This document shows, in pieces, positions 40,488 through 54,900 of a stretch of DNA of 64,000 nucleotides. The notes under the pieces were generated by a model, which saw nothing but the letters and a program-made list of their open reading frames with translations, did no database searches and was not told the origin of the DNA. The position numbers were made by a program, and so were the translations under genes. Within the stretch, counting starts at the first letter, position 1. Every line of letters begins with the position of its first letter. The stretch comes from Ophelia neglecta (lineage: Eukaryota), in the NCBI GenBank assembly GCA_965285935.1, contig OZ260662.1:36456001-36520000 (forward strand), written 5' to 3'.

Positions 40488-43400
40488 GATATGCAAGAGG
40501 TTGAGTGGTTTGAGCTATGTGGTAAGTTGATTGGAAGAACACAAAATTGAGTTAAGCAAGATAGCTTGACACTGTGCTAGCAGTATATTAACCCGAGTTC
40601 AGACAATTTCTTCACTGTCGGGCTAAATGCCACGTTGTTTGTCTAGAGCCAGCAAAATTCATATGACTAACTATAAGTAATTTTACCAGTGCTTATCTGA
40701 TAGAACTGCAAATATATTGTCCATTACTACCCCTATGCTTAACAAAGACTCGACACCCATTTTCCATCTATTCTTGCGTGATATTTCAGAGACTGGTGAA
40801 TGGTGTCCATTTAGAATTTATCGATGTATAAACACTATTACTTTCTCTATTGTGCTGGGCCACCGACGATTGAACTAGACAAAAATTTATTCGCCTGTCT
40901 AAAATTGTGTCTGGCACCAGTAAAAGCCTACACAACCATTTAGGATATGGCATCTTCTATGAGCCATTTCTATTTGCACCAAATTCTTTTAAATCTACAA
41001 TGAGCAAGGAGGATAGATATAGATTATTGATGAAGCTTGCGGATGCTGGTATAGAGCATTTTCGGCCACCATTTGGGTTGTCCTTGACCCCTACCGAGGA
41101 CTAGGGGCACGCAAATTCTCCTTGATGGAGGTACTGTTTATACAGACCTAGTTCCTACATTGGAAATCCATGGCAACGGCTTGCATAGCTTTCATTTTAA
41201 CAAAAAAGTTGGTTGGTCGGCACAGAGGCAAGCTCACGTAACTACAGCGGGCTTGTTTAACTTACATAATGGCCACTCTCGGTAGTCGGCAGCTGTTAGC
41301 GTTTACACAGGCCGAACCCTAGCGAAAATCAATCTCTCTGTCTCCCTGTGCAGATAAGCTGCAAGCCAGCCGGAATAAAGTTCTAAAAATGCCTCCGCCC
41401 AGATCCCACACTCCCTTGCTAAGTTGGAGCAGCCTGGCCACACTCTGGATAGCCTCGGGCTTTGGGTGTGCGCCTTTTCGGGCCCAAGGACTCATCAGTT
41501 TAGTAGATACGAGATGTGAAAAGGCCAAGCACAGGCAATTATTTTTTCTCTCTCATCGCCTCCTAGCCAAACTTTCATGGATCAATAGCTTTTCTGCTTG
41601 GGATTGGCATAAGAGTTCAGCCGCTGATATCTTCTTGCTTCTTAAGTAGCAACCCTCTGCTTTCTCAAGTCCATCTTGGGTTACTGCAGTTGAAGTAAAG
41701 AGTTTTTAAATGTGTCTGGATGATGAGAGTGTGTCTCATGAATTTGTCAATCAATTTTAGGCTCTCAGTCTGAATGTTAGGGCTACAGTTGTGCTTTATA
41801 TATTTAAAATGTGCAAAGAAATGATGAAAGTGAAATATATATGTTTAGTGCAATAAAAACTCGAATATTGTTTGCCCCATAAGCATTTCAATCATTGCTA
41901 TCCTATTGATTTCCTTTGCATTTTTTATGAAGCATTGCAGACTTTGGTCTGTGTTTTTGTTCTTCAAACAGTGCATCCAACTGTAGTCTGTTTACAAGAC
42001 CAGCTATTGATTTAGTTGCAGCATGTTTTTGTTGTTTTATATCTAGGCTATATATTTGCCAATACTTCAATACCTTTTAACTACTGGATTGAAACAAGGC
42101 TTTATATTTGCTGCAATTGTGTTTGTGTGTCAATAATGTATATGAATATTAAAAGCATGCCATTTATTACAATTTCAATGCTAACAGCACATATAAAAAT
42201 GTGATACAAATCTACCCATCTCCACTTGTGTACTGATCGTAACCAACTTCACCAGCTGTAGCCATTTTTTTAGCACACCAGTTACATGAATGCAGTCCAG
42301 GGTTTAATATGCTGGCATGGTGAATATTTGGGTGTTGTACTGTAGAGCGGCCCTCGGCAGCCATGAAACTTCCTCCAGTCAAGATAAGGCAGGTCTGTGA
42401 AATGTCCCACCTGGCCTCCTCCTCAGGTGAAAACACATTGCTATGGAAACTTTTGAGGAATCACTCTGTTTGAATTTAGATAACAAACTCCATGTAAAAT
42501 AGTAATGGAGGCTAAAGTTTATATTGCTTTGTTGGCATTAGACTGTCCAGGGGAGTTGTAGAGAACAGACATAATACACAGAACAGTGAAGTTATCAAAT
42601 CTAGCTCTGCATTTATAAAAACAAGTATATTATCAATATCAATGGACTGTGTAATATTTTACAAAATAAATTAACAGAGGCTTGAATCACTCTGCTGGTA
42701 TATCCTAGCTTTTGTGGTAAATGGTGCATTTTTTAGGCGCTTATATCTATTTATTTATTTATTATCTGCCTTCTTTACAAAAGAATTAAAACAGTGCAAC
42801 ATATGTACACATTAGAAAGCTGTAGACAAAATCATACATACATACTCATACATACATAAGTACACTGCTCATACAATAAGAGGCCCACACTATAACATCC
42901 AGCCATATACACAGCCGCCAAAGAGGTAATTAATATTTTATCAGTACCGATGCCTGCCTACTATAAATTATCCTGCCACCCCATGTAACTCTTGTTCTGA
43001 AAAACTATATTGAATATTTATATCATTCATACAACCATACACTGGTATACCATCCATACAAACTCTTCAGGCCTATAGGCCTATATAATGGTGCCAGCTT
43101 CCAGCCATTTACATACTCTAAGACAGCATTTCATTAATTTTATTACAAGTGCGTGCGTGACTGTACGTTATCCAACTGACCATAATTTATGCCACCTGGT
43201 ATACATACAAGCAACTTCTCTTGCTTCCCAAGAAATATATTGTCTTCATATAGTGAAAAAAAATACATGCATCAACTGTGATTCTCTGTTAATGTTTCTC
43301 CATGACATTGTTGCCATCATATATTGCTATTTGAAAGCAACATGTTTACAGTTGTTCAGTTCATGAGTTGATCACTTCAAGCAGCTTAGTGTATTCAAAG

Positions 43401-43982
43401 GCAAGGTTCTAGGCAAAAGTGCAAAAAAAATTACATTGATACTAATAGGCCTATCTGCTGTAGCTTCAATTCAGACCGAGAGTTCATTGGTACCTGACAT
43501 AGTTTGCATGTATTATATCACTGCAGCTATAATGTAGTCTCTATGAATTGTATAGGTTGATGTCACTGACAGGGCCACTCTATATGAGCCTTGTATACCC
43601 AGGGGCAAAATTGGAATGATGAAACTAACACAACCGAAGAGTCACAGACCTGATTAAGGCCCCCAAAACAGGATTATATTAGAAAAATACCCCCAAACGA
43701 GGGGTCCAGAGTCAGTGGTCTGGTGATTTATGGCTCCCATTCTATATTTGGCAAGGAATCTGGAGATGAAAGCCAAGATGAAAACAATTTGTGAATCAGG
43801 CCAGGGGTTGGGGATTGCCCTGCGAGATTCATTGAGACCTTAAAATCCTGCTGCCATTCAATGGCGAAAGGCAGTATCATGCAAAAATAGGATTATATTT
43901 TTCACATTTGTCATCTATCTGGTCCAAACTATTCAAAAGCATTTCTTTTTAGTGTTTCAAATAAGTTTAAGGCTGTTTTTCA

Positions 43983-44195
43983 TGAATGGTAAAAGGCAGT
44001 AACTCCCCAAAAACATGAGGGTGTACACAGGTAAAATGCAGTGTTAGAGTTACTGCCTTATTCATGTGTACAAATGAATGGTAAACAGCAGTAACCTGAA
44101 TTGGTACAGTTGTAGACAGAAGTGTCATATTTTGGTACATTGGTATATAGGTCTAATTGGTAAACAGCAATATCTTCACATGTAAAAGGCAGTTC
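43983..44195. repeat. Cluster of GGTAAAAGGCAGTAAC-like motifs, probably a decayed transposon subterminal region
   Basis: ggtaaaaggcagtaac, ggtaaaatgcagtg, ggtaaacagcagtaac, ggtaaacagcaat and tgtaaaaggcagt, plus an inverted gttactgcctta. Confidence 0.55.
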
Positions 44196-47100
44196 ATGTA
44201 TGGCATAAAGACTTATTTTTATTAAACAAAATCCAGAGACACTTATCTATGCAATATCCTCTCTACAGATATATTTTCATTGTTTTATTTCAATGGTCAC
44301 TGGGAACACCATTGCCTGAGGTTTTTACCAAAGTTACCTAAGCCCAGACCCTTAAAGATGCATCCTAGCTTAGGCATTTTCATGTACATTTTAACCAGTT
44401 CAACCAATTTTATTTTGGTTGCAGTAACATGTTCCAAAATAGAGACACCAATATCATGAAATATACTTCTTGTGTGAACTTAAGCTGCCTTGGTAGCTCC
44501 AAACTGTTAGATTATATTGACAACCACCTGCCAGTCTATTGCCTTAGTGCCTGTCTTTAATACTGTTTGATTATATTACTTACCTTTAAACTGGCCACAC
44601 TGTGAGTTGGTTGTTTTGTTCTTCTTCCTCTTTGTAATGTAACACATTTCAATACAGTTTGATAAAATGGAACAATATAAATCAACCAGGCGCTTTGAAG
44701 AGAAAAAAGAAAACACAGTACTTTGTGTAAGAGACTTACTCATTCAGCCCACTTGAGTTCAATCCATAATAGTGTCCTGCTCAAGGTCTTGACTGTTAGC
44801 CAGAATTCATCCCTATCTAACTGTTTCCTTTCTGTCCTGAATCGCCTGTCCCCCTACCCCCAACCCCTCCTACAGTCAAGCCCCAGTCAATAGGGCGGGT
44901 CAGTCGGTTGGAACACAAGTTAAAACATATTTTTAAAATGCCTTCTAGATGTATGACATTTGTAGGCTTGGGAAATCACATTAACATCAATTTTGTAAAA
45001 GGAATGGTTGGCCATGCAGTTTGCTGATATAGTCCTCATGTACTTGTTGTATCCCAAATGTATGATAATTTTGTGTTTCGACTACATATTAAAGATGCAG
45101 TGTCAGAACTTATTTGGGCCAAGGGTAAAATGTCTGGGTCTGGGTCCATCTTCTACTCAGAAGACAGTATGTAATAAATAGATTTTCCATATGTGTTACA
45201 ACTGATTTAACGCTTTATTGTGAAACAAGTCTTTTTCAAAGATAGTATCTTTGACTGACCATAACCACCTTTTTTGACCTAATATGTTTCAGTGTGCTGC
45301 ATGCATGCATGATGCAGACAACGCTGCCTTGCACCCTAAATGTTACGACGTGTAGTCACTCTTCCAAATGACATCACTGACAAAACAAAGTCATGACTTT
45401 ATCATTTGAGAGCAACATTTGGTGAGAGACAGAATTGTTTGTTAATGGAGACCAACTGAGCAACTCTCAATTCCTGAATTTTTACACTAAGTGACTGAAT
45501 ACGGTATTTCAGTACAAACTGTGCTGTCAGTGAGCTGGGTAATTTTGTATAACACCATTGGGCCATATAAGTGTAGAGTAGTGATGGGTAATTTTTTCTT
45601 TGATATGCTGCAGGATTTATGATTCAAAGCCGTAAGGTACCTGTCGGACTGCTGAGTAAACATGTTATAATGTCACCTTAAGATTAATACCACTCGGGGA
45701 GTGCTACTGTATAGGGCTAGGTTCATGAAAAGATCTTACCTGTGTAGTTATTACCTGCCAATGTTATACCAACCTTTAGATTAACAGGCAGGGTGCAGTG
45801 ACTTTACAAAACAATACATTGTCCCTTTCTAGGGCATATAAAGTATTTGGATGGTAGTATTTTGATTTATTTCAACACAATCAATATCAAGTCAACATTG
45901 CTCTTGACTTGCATGGCTTTTGTGAGCCAGAGTGATAGTACTTTTATGTGTTTTTTTGCATTCTTCAGCACAGAGTATAAAAACTTTATTTACATAAAAA
46001 CTCTATTTACATAACCAATGACTCAATTAGAAGATGATTGGATGACTAGTCTGACAAGTGTAACCTACTTTTTTTTTATAATATCAAAGCTGTATTCATC
46101 TATGACAGCCTCATTGCTTGAGGGCAAACCAGTTTAATTAGCAATGCCACTATTGCCAGTTTCTTGTGGGGTGGAGTTTGGGGGGGGGGGGGGGTAGTCA
46201 GAATATTGCTTGCTAAGTTTTGAATTTAGAAGAATATTAAGCCCCCTTGATAGTTCTCAGTAGCTGATTCCCAACTTGATATTCTCAACTTATGATGTGC
46301 ATTGGTACCTCAATGCACAATTCAAACTAGAATACACGAATCATAACGTTTTCTGTAAACTATTACACTGAATTTATATTAGATTATCTGTGTCAGTTGC
46401 CTCAGGTGGGTCTTGGAGATATATATGTAGTGAGTTTATTAATTCTGAAGTTACATGCATCCCTGGGTAAGACTTGGTGGCTCCAGTGGGAGTATAAAGT
46501 GGGAGTGTTCTGGTTGGGGCAGGTATGGCAATCTCACTTAGACTCTGAGCTGTGGGACCCTGGTGAATTTTGTGGGTTAGGTCAGAGATGATTTAAGGGC
46601 TAATCAATCAGATAATAACAGCTTGTTATTGACCACCACTGGAGGTCTGTATAAGCATCACCTCTGCCATTGGGTTGGCTCTTCTGGCATATAAGTCATT
46701 GTCTGCACCATTCTGGCTGTAAATTTTAAAGAACCCCCTTTGGATTTTTCATTTATGTTGGGCAGCTAGATCATGTAAATCCTGATGTGTCTTATTACAT
46801 TGATTCTGCCTACCAAAACGGTTAAAAATGCCATTTGGTTTATATAGTCCATAAAAAGTCGCTTTGCTGCTACCCCCCACCCCATTTTAGCGATGCCCTC
46901 CCTGTCTTTGACACGTCACTATATAATCCCTGCCTGCCCTCCCTACCTCCTCCCACACACGAAAGGGATGCCTCTTCTTAATCAATTTTCTTCCAGTGCA
47001 TCTCAGTGCTGTGAAGTCATGACCAATGCTTCGTCATAAGTGTGTTCCTCATCAACGTGTGGGTACTATTAATACATAACTTTTATGATTGCCTTATTGT

Positions 47101-50100
47101 TGTTCAACCTGAAGAAATACAATGTACCAATCATTGAGATAGAAAATTTCACAAAGTGAAGTTGTGTGTTGTTATGTTGCACTGCTAGGTGTGTTTGTCA
47201 GCCTTCTGACACTTGTCTGACTAACTTGAGCTGGTTTCATCTCACTTTTCTGCTCTTCAAAAAGAGGACTTGTCTCCCTTGCCACCACATCCAATTCAAT
47301 AAACTCTCCCTCTCAGATGGGTTACAGAAAAGAGGCTTCCAACAAAATTGCTATTTAAACACGTTCCTTAAGACCTCTGCACCGTTTTTCATTCAGTGTC
47401 TCAATGTTTTTTACGCACTGCCGATGTGGCTTTATGGGTTTGTTCCGTTGAGACAGGAAAAGCCATTTAGATAAGGCTGGTTAGGGTTGGAAAAGATGGA
47501 AATATTGCTACTTAAATGCAAGTCTGCAGGGAACATGCATTGCATCTAAACACAAGAGAGCCACTGAAATAGACTAGGAACCTACCAACTTCCTGGACTC
47601 CTTAAGCTTTCATTTTCTTAAGCAGTATACCCTGCTTGTGCCTATTTCCCCCGCTTCGTCTTGTCCCCTCACTGGAGTTGGTTGTTTTCTTTATTCATGG
47701 TTGGTTCTTCATTGTTCTGCCTTAGTTCTCCTCATCTTTTTTTTGCCAAGATCCATTATAGATAGTAAGATGAGGCCATTGATTGGAATTCTGTTCAGAG
47801 CGTCTGTCTAGGATTCAGTCCTGCCATTCCTGCTGAAGCTGGTCACACGTATTGTGTCATTTAAAAGCAGCTTTCAGTCCCCCAGTCTCTTTGGTAAATC
47901 TGTTGATTGAAGTGTTCCACCTTTGGCAGCTTATTGTTTGAAATTCATGTCTCTCACAAGATGTTTCTGAATCCCCTCTTTTTATCAAGTCACTCGGGCT
48001 GGCAGCATGTCGTCACAAACAATTTACAAAAATGACTGTGCTTTAAAATGTGTCAGTTTTCAATTGGGCTTTAGGTTTCTTTTTCACAAGGGTATTGTTT
48101 AATGGGATATTTTAGTATGTTCATATCTGACATGTTTACCCACAGGTAGTTTGCCAAACATGTGTGTGGTGAACTAATGTAGGTTTGAGTCAGTGAGAGG
48201 GCAGACTTAAAACATAACATGTACAAGCATCCATGTGCCTGGGTCCAAGAATTAGCCAGAAATTGTATCCTGAACATGCTTGTAATAATGATTTTAAACT
48301 GACTTCTTTTTAATAATTATTCTAAGATGATTACATATATTATTTAATCAACTTCTTGGAGAGTGTCCTACCAGAACCAAACCTCAGTGGCTCAACTTCT
48401 CATAATTTTTGTTTTCCTGTCTTGAACATGTACCTCTTCTGTTTTTCTTGGCTCAAAAAGTAATTTAGAAAAGTGCTCTGCTATGAATTATGTAGTCACC
48501 ATGCCCAAGGACTGATCAACATTCACATCCTATAAGTTCAAGTCCAAGACCAGTGGATTATGGGGGCCCTAAATTTCAAAGACGAAAAGGGCCCGGAAAC
48601 AAAAACATGAACCCTGGGGTATATGACTGCACATGTATACATGTAGGACCCACGTAACTGAGGTTGGATGACACAGTGTCAGTCAGTCAGTCCCCAAGCT
48701 CAAGCCTACCATATAAACCTGAAAACCTGACAACAAAGCTAGCAGAGTCTTATCTTGATTAGAGCAAGTTCACAAATCTGTGATATCTGACTGTTTGGGA
48801 AGATACCACGTTCCTTTATCTCTTCCAAATGTATCAGACTGGCAAGAAAACCTGCCCTTATTTCTCTTGCCAATGGTTTAATGAAGACTCCTATCAATGG
48901 GTTGATAAATTGGTATGATTGTAAGAAAACAAAAATAAAATACCTTACTAATGACCATGGCCAAAATGTTTTGAATTGTGCAAAACCTTTAAAGATGAAA
49001 AACAAAAAGAATTAAATTTTTTTAAGTGTTTTAAAAAATTGTTATTTTGTGTTTGGATTCATTTCTTTGGGGTTTTCCAGAAGCAAGATGCAGGTTTTAA
49101 CAGATTGGTGCTCCAAATGTATTGGTTATGTGATGGATATGATTCAGGTGACATTTGTCAGTGACCTAATTTATCAAGGTCAAAGGGAAAAAGGTGGGAA
49201 AATTGGCTGAAAGTCAACAAGTCAGGTAAACAGATTGAATATATCCCTATAAATAGATGTTGGGGGGGGGGGGGAGGGGGGGGGGGAGGGGTGCACAGCA
49301 TGCATATTTAACTGTATTTTTATAAACAGGCAACACCAAAGTCACTTTTTGCAGTTATAACACACCTGTAGGTTAACAATTAATTAAGCGTTTGTAAAGT
49401 TTTTTGAATAGTTATTTTTCAGAACTATTCAAAACTCATTGCATAGCACAGGTGTCCTCTTTAACACTGGAGGTAAATAAAGAATATATATATATATTGT
49501 TATTTCAACATGTATTTTGTGAGTGGGACCCTTAAGAGATACTAGAATTGAACCCTTTATATAATTAGGATTGTTAAGCTACACATATATTCTGAATCAG
49601 TTCTCATGTCTTAGAAAATAAAACATGTATCATAAGTCAAACCCAGGTCCATTTACAATTTAGAGGTGCTCTGTGGCATTCAATACGACCATATTGTGCT
49701 TCTCAGGTCAAGTGTTCAAAATGACCTGGGCTGTAAAACATTATATATGTCAAGATTACTTGAATAAACATGGCACACAGTGACATTTAAAATGGTAGCA
49801 TTGGATATCATTACCATCCATTCCATCAGAATTCAATAGTTCCCTATGAAGTGGTGTACAGTAAGTGTTTATAAATTAGGTGCAGATCTATCACAAGCCT
49901 TGAAGAGGTCAGAAATGTTTGTTGATGATTACTGCTACATAGTAGATTCAAAACTCGTCAAGAGCGCCTCTCACACATGAGCTAATACAAAGTTTGATAA
50001 ATCATGCTGACTTATCTGGTATAGGCACCATTTTCTCCTTGGATTATTTTTGACCTGAATAATTCCAAAGTACCTGTTAAGGCAGCATTAAGCTGAGATT

Positions 50101-50879
50101 TATTGTTACATCATCAGTTATCCCGGCAATATTGGTTAATGGATTCCCTGTGTAAACCGTCTTCCAAACAATTATAAAGCTTAGCCAAGTATTAATAAAA
50201 TGATACTTTCTGAATAATAATGCAATAATATTCTGTTTCTCTGTGTTGTGGTTGCTGAAAAAATGACCCAGGGCTTGTGTTGGGGTGGTAAAACCACATT
50301 TCTCCATGAATTCCTACTTATTTATTCTACATGACTTGCTTGATGACTATTGATGTAAAAGATTGGGTGCCAGAGCCTGTTATCAACAGAAATCACTCAT
50401 TGATAACTGTCAGAATGGCAGGAATCAAATTAGAGTTAATGGTCTGCTTTGTCACACAAGACAATAGGAAACGATTCAATTAGAAGCCATTTTCATTAAT
50501 TTGGGTGTAAAAGATGCCATATTTCTATTGGTACATGTACATGTATTGTCTGACATGTCTCTCTTGTTTCTTTTTCTCTGACTCTATTACTGCAAATAAC
50601 ACATTATCTTTGTTGTGAATTCCTACATCGAAAGATAAAAAACAACTCTTACTTGGGTGATAAATGTGTATATTCCATGCAATATATATAAATATTTGGT
50701 AATAGTTTAATTCAGCTCACACTGAGGTATTGAATGTATGTTCTGTTTGTTCAAAAGAAGACAGATTTAGCTGTCCTTACATAGCCATTTTAAATGTGTA
50801 TGTAAATAGTTGTAATAATTGTATGGTTGAGTGTTTTATTTACACTAAAACACATTACTATTACCGAATAAATTTCCTT

Positions 50880-51910
50880 ATTATATACCCCCCCCCCCCC
50901 CCACATTGTTTTCATTGAACCACAGCGTCAGGCGTCTGATGTCTGGCATCCAGCATTCAGCATCCATATTCCTTGATGTAATAAAAAGAAAACCCCTGCG
51001 GTTTTAATTCTGTTTTATTTTGGGCAGCTAGTATACTCGTACATGTATGCCAAAATCTGGGCTAGGATGAATTTGAGTAGCCTTCAGAGAAAAATTTGGC
51101 TGCCAAGGGTGCAAGGCAATTTTTCCTTTGTCTTGCGATAAAGAGGAAAACCCTTGCTGACTAATATATTGTTTGTTTGGCAGCTAAAATATGCAAACAT
51201 CTGACCTAACATTGTTTTTGAGCTATCTCCAGACATATTTATTTGATTTGACCATGGAAATAAAAAGATTGCTGAATTTACACCTTCTTTTATTTGACAC
51301 TTAAATCTTAAATACTATTGAGATGCTCAGAAGCAAATTCAGTGCTGTTTTCAGATATGACATTGACCTACATGTTGAAGGTCAAATCAGTTTAATTTCA
51401 TTGATATGACACTTAAACCTTAAATACTATTGAGAGGCTGTAGAAAGGTATGTGCTGCAAATTCATTTGAGCTTTCAGATTGGACCTTGACTTACAATGA
51501 CTTGTTCCAGGTCAAATCACTAAAATCATGAGGTCAGCCTTAATTGTTAGAAATGGAAGCAAGAACAACATGGGAAGCTCAAATTTTGCAGATTCATTAA
51601 CTTTTCAAATTTGACCTTTGGGTGCATTTTCAAGGTCAAATGATTAAAATCATGATTTCTAATTTTTGCCTAGAGATAGAGCCTAGAACTGAATTGGAAG
51701 TCTTTAGGAAGCCACTTTTTGCTTCTTATTTTACTCCCAGATTTGACTTTAGTGTATGATTTCAAGGTCAAATCACTATATTAATAATGCCAACTATTAT
51801 TTAAACAGCTAAAGCCTAGAACTGCATTAGGAATATTTGTATTTTCGGATTACTCACCCATAAGACCCTTGCTTATAGTAAGAAGTAGCCTGTGAGCAGC
51901 ATTTCAGAAT
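50880..51910. mobile_element. Decayed interspersed repeat with internal ~130-bp tandem units (DINE-1/HINE-like architecture)
   Basis: Starts with a TTATATACCCCC-like terminus and a decayed (GCGTC/GCATCC)n microsatellite at about 50924-50965. Four units follow with TTGACC...AGGTCAAAT at 51378, 51508, 51632 and 51764 (spacing 130, 124, 132). The family assignment is inference from architecture only. Confidence 0.5.
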
Positions 51911-54900
51911 ATCAGAATGTGTCAAGAGGCTGCTGTCTAGTATGCCAGAGTTGGATTAAAGTGCAATTTACCCTTAATGAGGCAAAATGGCCTATCTTGT
52001 AGTCTTTATTGGAGAACAGTATATGTCTGAATTCATCAGTGCAACTGAAATATGTAAATGTATGTATGCTAAGTACATGTGAAGTGACTGAAATACTCAA
52101 GTAATTTTTACAAGATTTTTTTTTGTGTCTAACAAGTGCTTATAAAAACATCTAAGAGAAAATATTATTGATTTTTTTTCTCTCCAATTGTAAGAATATA
52201 AAACATTCCCCTACTAGCATTTAATTTTTCAATTAGACACTGAACAGTTCCTTTTACAGGTGTTGTGAAGGCAAAAGTATTCCACCAATGTGACAATTTG
52301 TTTTCAATGATATTGTGAACTCTTGCAGTTATGAGCCTTTCAAGCCAAGAACTAAGATAAAAAAGAATGCTGTAGTTTTCACTTGAAATTGGCCAGCCAC
52401 TTTCTCCAATCATAGTGCCTTGTCTTGGTGATTGTATGGGTCAGACTGGGCAAATTGCACGATGAGAAGGAACCCCAGTGGACACGCCAATGGGAAAAAT
52501 GTGGTTAGGGCCCTTAATAAATCTGTATGGTTATTATTAAGGACTGTACCATATATCTCTGTTATTTGATAGTCCCATTTTAAATTTAATATCAAGATTC
52601 AAGTGGTCTAATGTCAGTTGTGCCTCAAAAGATTCCAAAAATAATTGTTTGATGTTTGGCGCGGCAAAAATATTGATCTGAGTGGAAATAGCACAATGTG
52701 TACACTTGCTTTCAATGTGTGAGCAGCCTGAACACTGCTGTCAAACTGGCCAACCACCATCAGTTACTAGGGGATTTTTATTGGTACTGGAATTGGGAAC
52801 CTGACCTGATTTTTTCTTTGCTTGGCTCTATATTTAATCCATGTCAAAAACTTATTTTGAGTCATTAATAAAGTAAAGTTGAAGGAACAGTCTTTTGTAT
52901 TTATGATATAATACATATAGAATGAATATTTTTTTATTTTATACATGATTCTTTCTATAAAACATTAGGTCTGTATCCTGTGTGCAGGCTATGTACACTG
53001 TACTGTACATCAAACCAGTACTCTATGTATTTCACATTGTATAACAGTCACCTGACTTGTTTGACTCTGTTTCAGTTTGTTTTATGCCACGTTGTATGCT
53101 GGCCAGTTTTATTGCATACTGTTATTACTATATGTATGTTCAGGACAAGTCACAAGGTTGTAGTGGCAGGTTGATTTATTCTTTAATACTGCATTCAACT
53201 GCTAGCTTCAGATACATATTATATTACCATTGCCTCAGGTTAATGTGCTTGCCTTTCACCCAACGCTGAATAGAATCCAGGTAAATTTATGATAGAATAT
53301 CACTGGTTAGGCGTCAGCTAGGGACAGTTTATTACGAATTTATGGCCCTAGGTTAGAGGGATGTTGGTTCAGACTAAGGCCAGCCACAAGGCTGGCTGGC
53401 TTGGCTAACTTTCTGAGCCTGGTATGTCTATAGAGACCTGGCCAAAACTCCCTCACTTCCCTGGTGAAAAATTGATATTTTGATATTTGGAATCCCAGTT
53501 CTCATAAATTCTCCAGCATCTTAATTTGGTTCAAAGTTTGCGTGCCTTATTTTTGGTTGGTGAGATAAAAAAAACTTAGGGAGTTGCCTCACTCTGTGGC
53601 AGTCTAATCGGTCATTTTAGTTTCGTGTTCTGGTAGCATTTTGCGGGCTGGTGTTAAATGAGGCAAGATAACAATTGTTGTAAGGGTGCAGCACAGTCCA
53701 TTAAGAAAATAAATCGGGGAGTTGAGCCTGCTGATGCCCTCTCTGGAGATAGGAGAGTTTCCGAGCCTGTTTGCTGCAATTTTTCCTGGAAGCTTATCAA
53801 ATAGGTCGACGGCCATATTAGGCTAGGGTCAAACATGGAGCCCTGTGTCAGTGGCAGAATGATGTTCATGTCATAGAGGGTAATTGGCTAATAAGCTTGC
53901 TTATCAACCTTATAATGTGCAGATTAACAGTGCTCTTCCTGGGTTCCTGTCAGGAACTATGGAGAAGAGAAATTCCTCAGCTTTAATTGGTCTGCCTTGC
54001 TACCCAGTGTGGTAAAAGGATTTTGTCTAAAAATTCCTGATTATCTATCTGAATCTTAATAAGAAAAAAACGACCTGACAACAGACAAAATTTGAGATTT
54101 GCTAGTTGGATGTGGATATCTCGATAGATTAGATGGTTTAGGGCCGCTGACTAACATCAGAAGAGCCCCAGACCGGAAAACACAGCTCGCATTGAGTGAC
54201 AGAAATGGCCACCATTTTTTTTCCGCCCTCCAGTTAGTTCATTTTAAGTCTGACAGAGTTATCCTCTAAATCGTTACTGGCTTATCAGGGTAGACAAGCG
54301 GACCAGTCAAATTTAGCATCAATTTACCTTCTGGCCTGAAGCTGTCTGCATTATGTAAGGCTGGTCCTTTCCCGTCAAATTTGGGCTTCAGCAGTCGGCC
54401 TAACGATACCCTTGGCTACACACTTAGAGGAACCCAATGAAATTATTTTGTGTTCTTTAGGCATGAAATAAGTTTACATCTTCTCCTTGCTGGTGATGGG
54501 CAGACAAACCCTCTGTGATGGCATTTTGTTCTGACCGTGAAATCATCAGAATTCTTGTTCTCTGAAAATATTTCTTCATATCTTGATAATTGTAGATTTT
54601 TTAACAGGAAGATAGCTGCTCTTCATATTGTAACTCTATTGAAATGCTTCTCATCTTTCCATTTTATTCCATTTCATGAATTAAAATACCAGTAAGCTGT
54701 TTCGTGTGTTTTCTATGTTCAGAAAGCAAGCAAGGGTAACTGAACAAAGATGCATATCACTCAATTTGTAATAAAAAAAGTGGGTGACTGATAAGAGGAT
54801 AGCAATAATACTTTAATGATAACATCAATTATATAGAGTAGGTATTGAAGGAATGCTAACTCAAATTTTAACAACTCTTGAATTTTCAAATAGTCACTTT

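Noticed and set aside
40590-41660. GC/CpG-richer block with several short ORFs
   Set aside because: Possibly a transposon remnant, but no termini or protein motif could be identified by eye.
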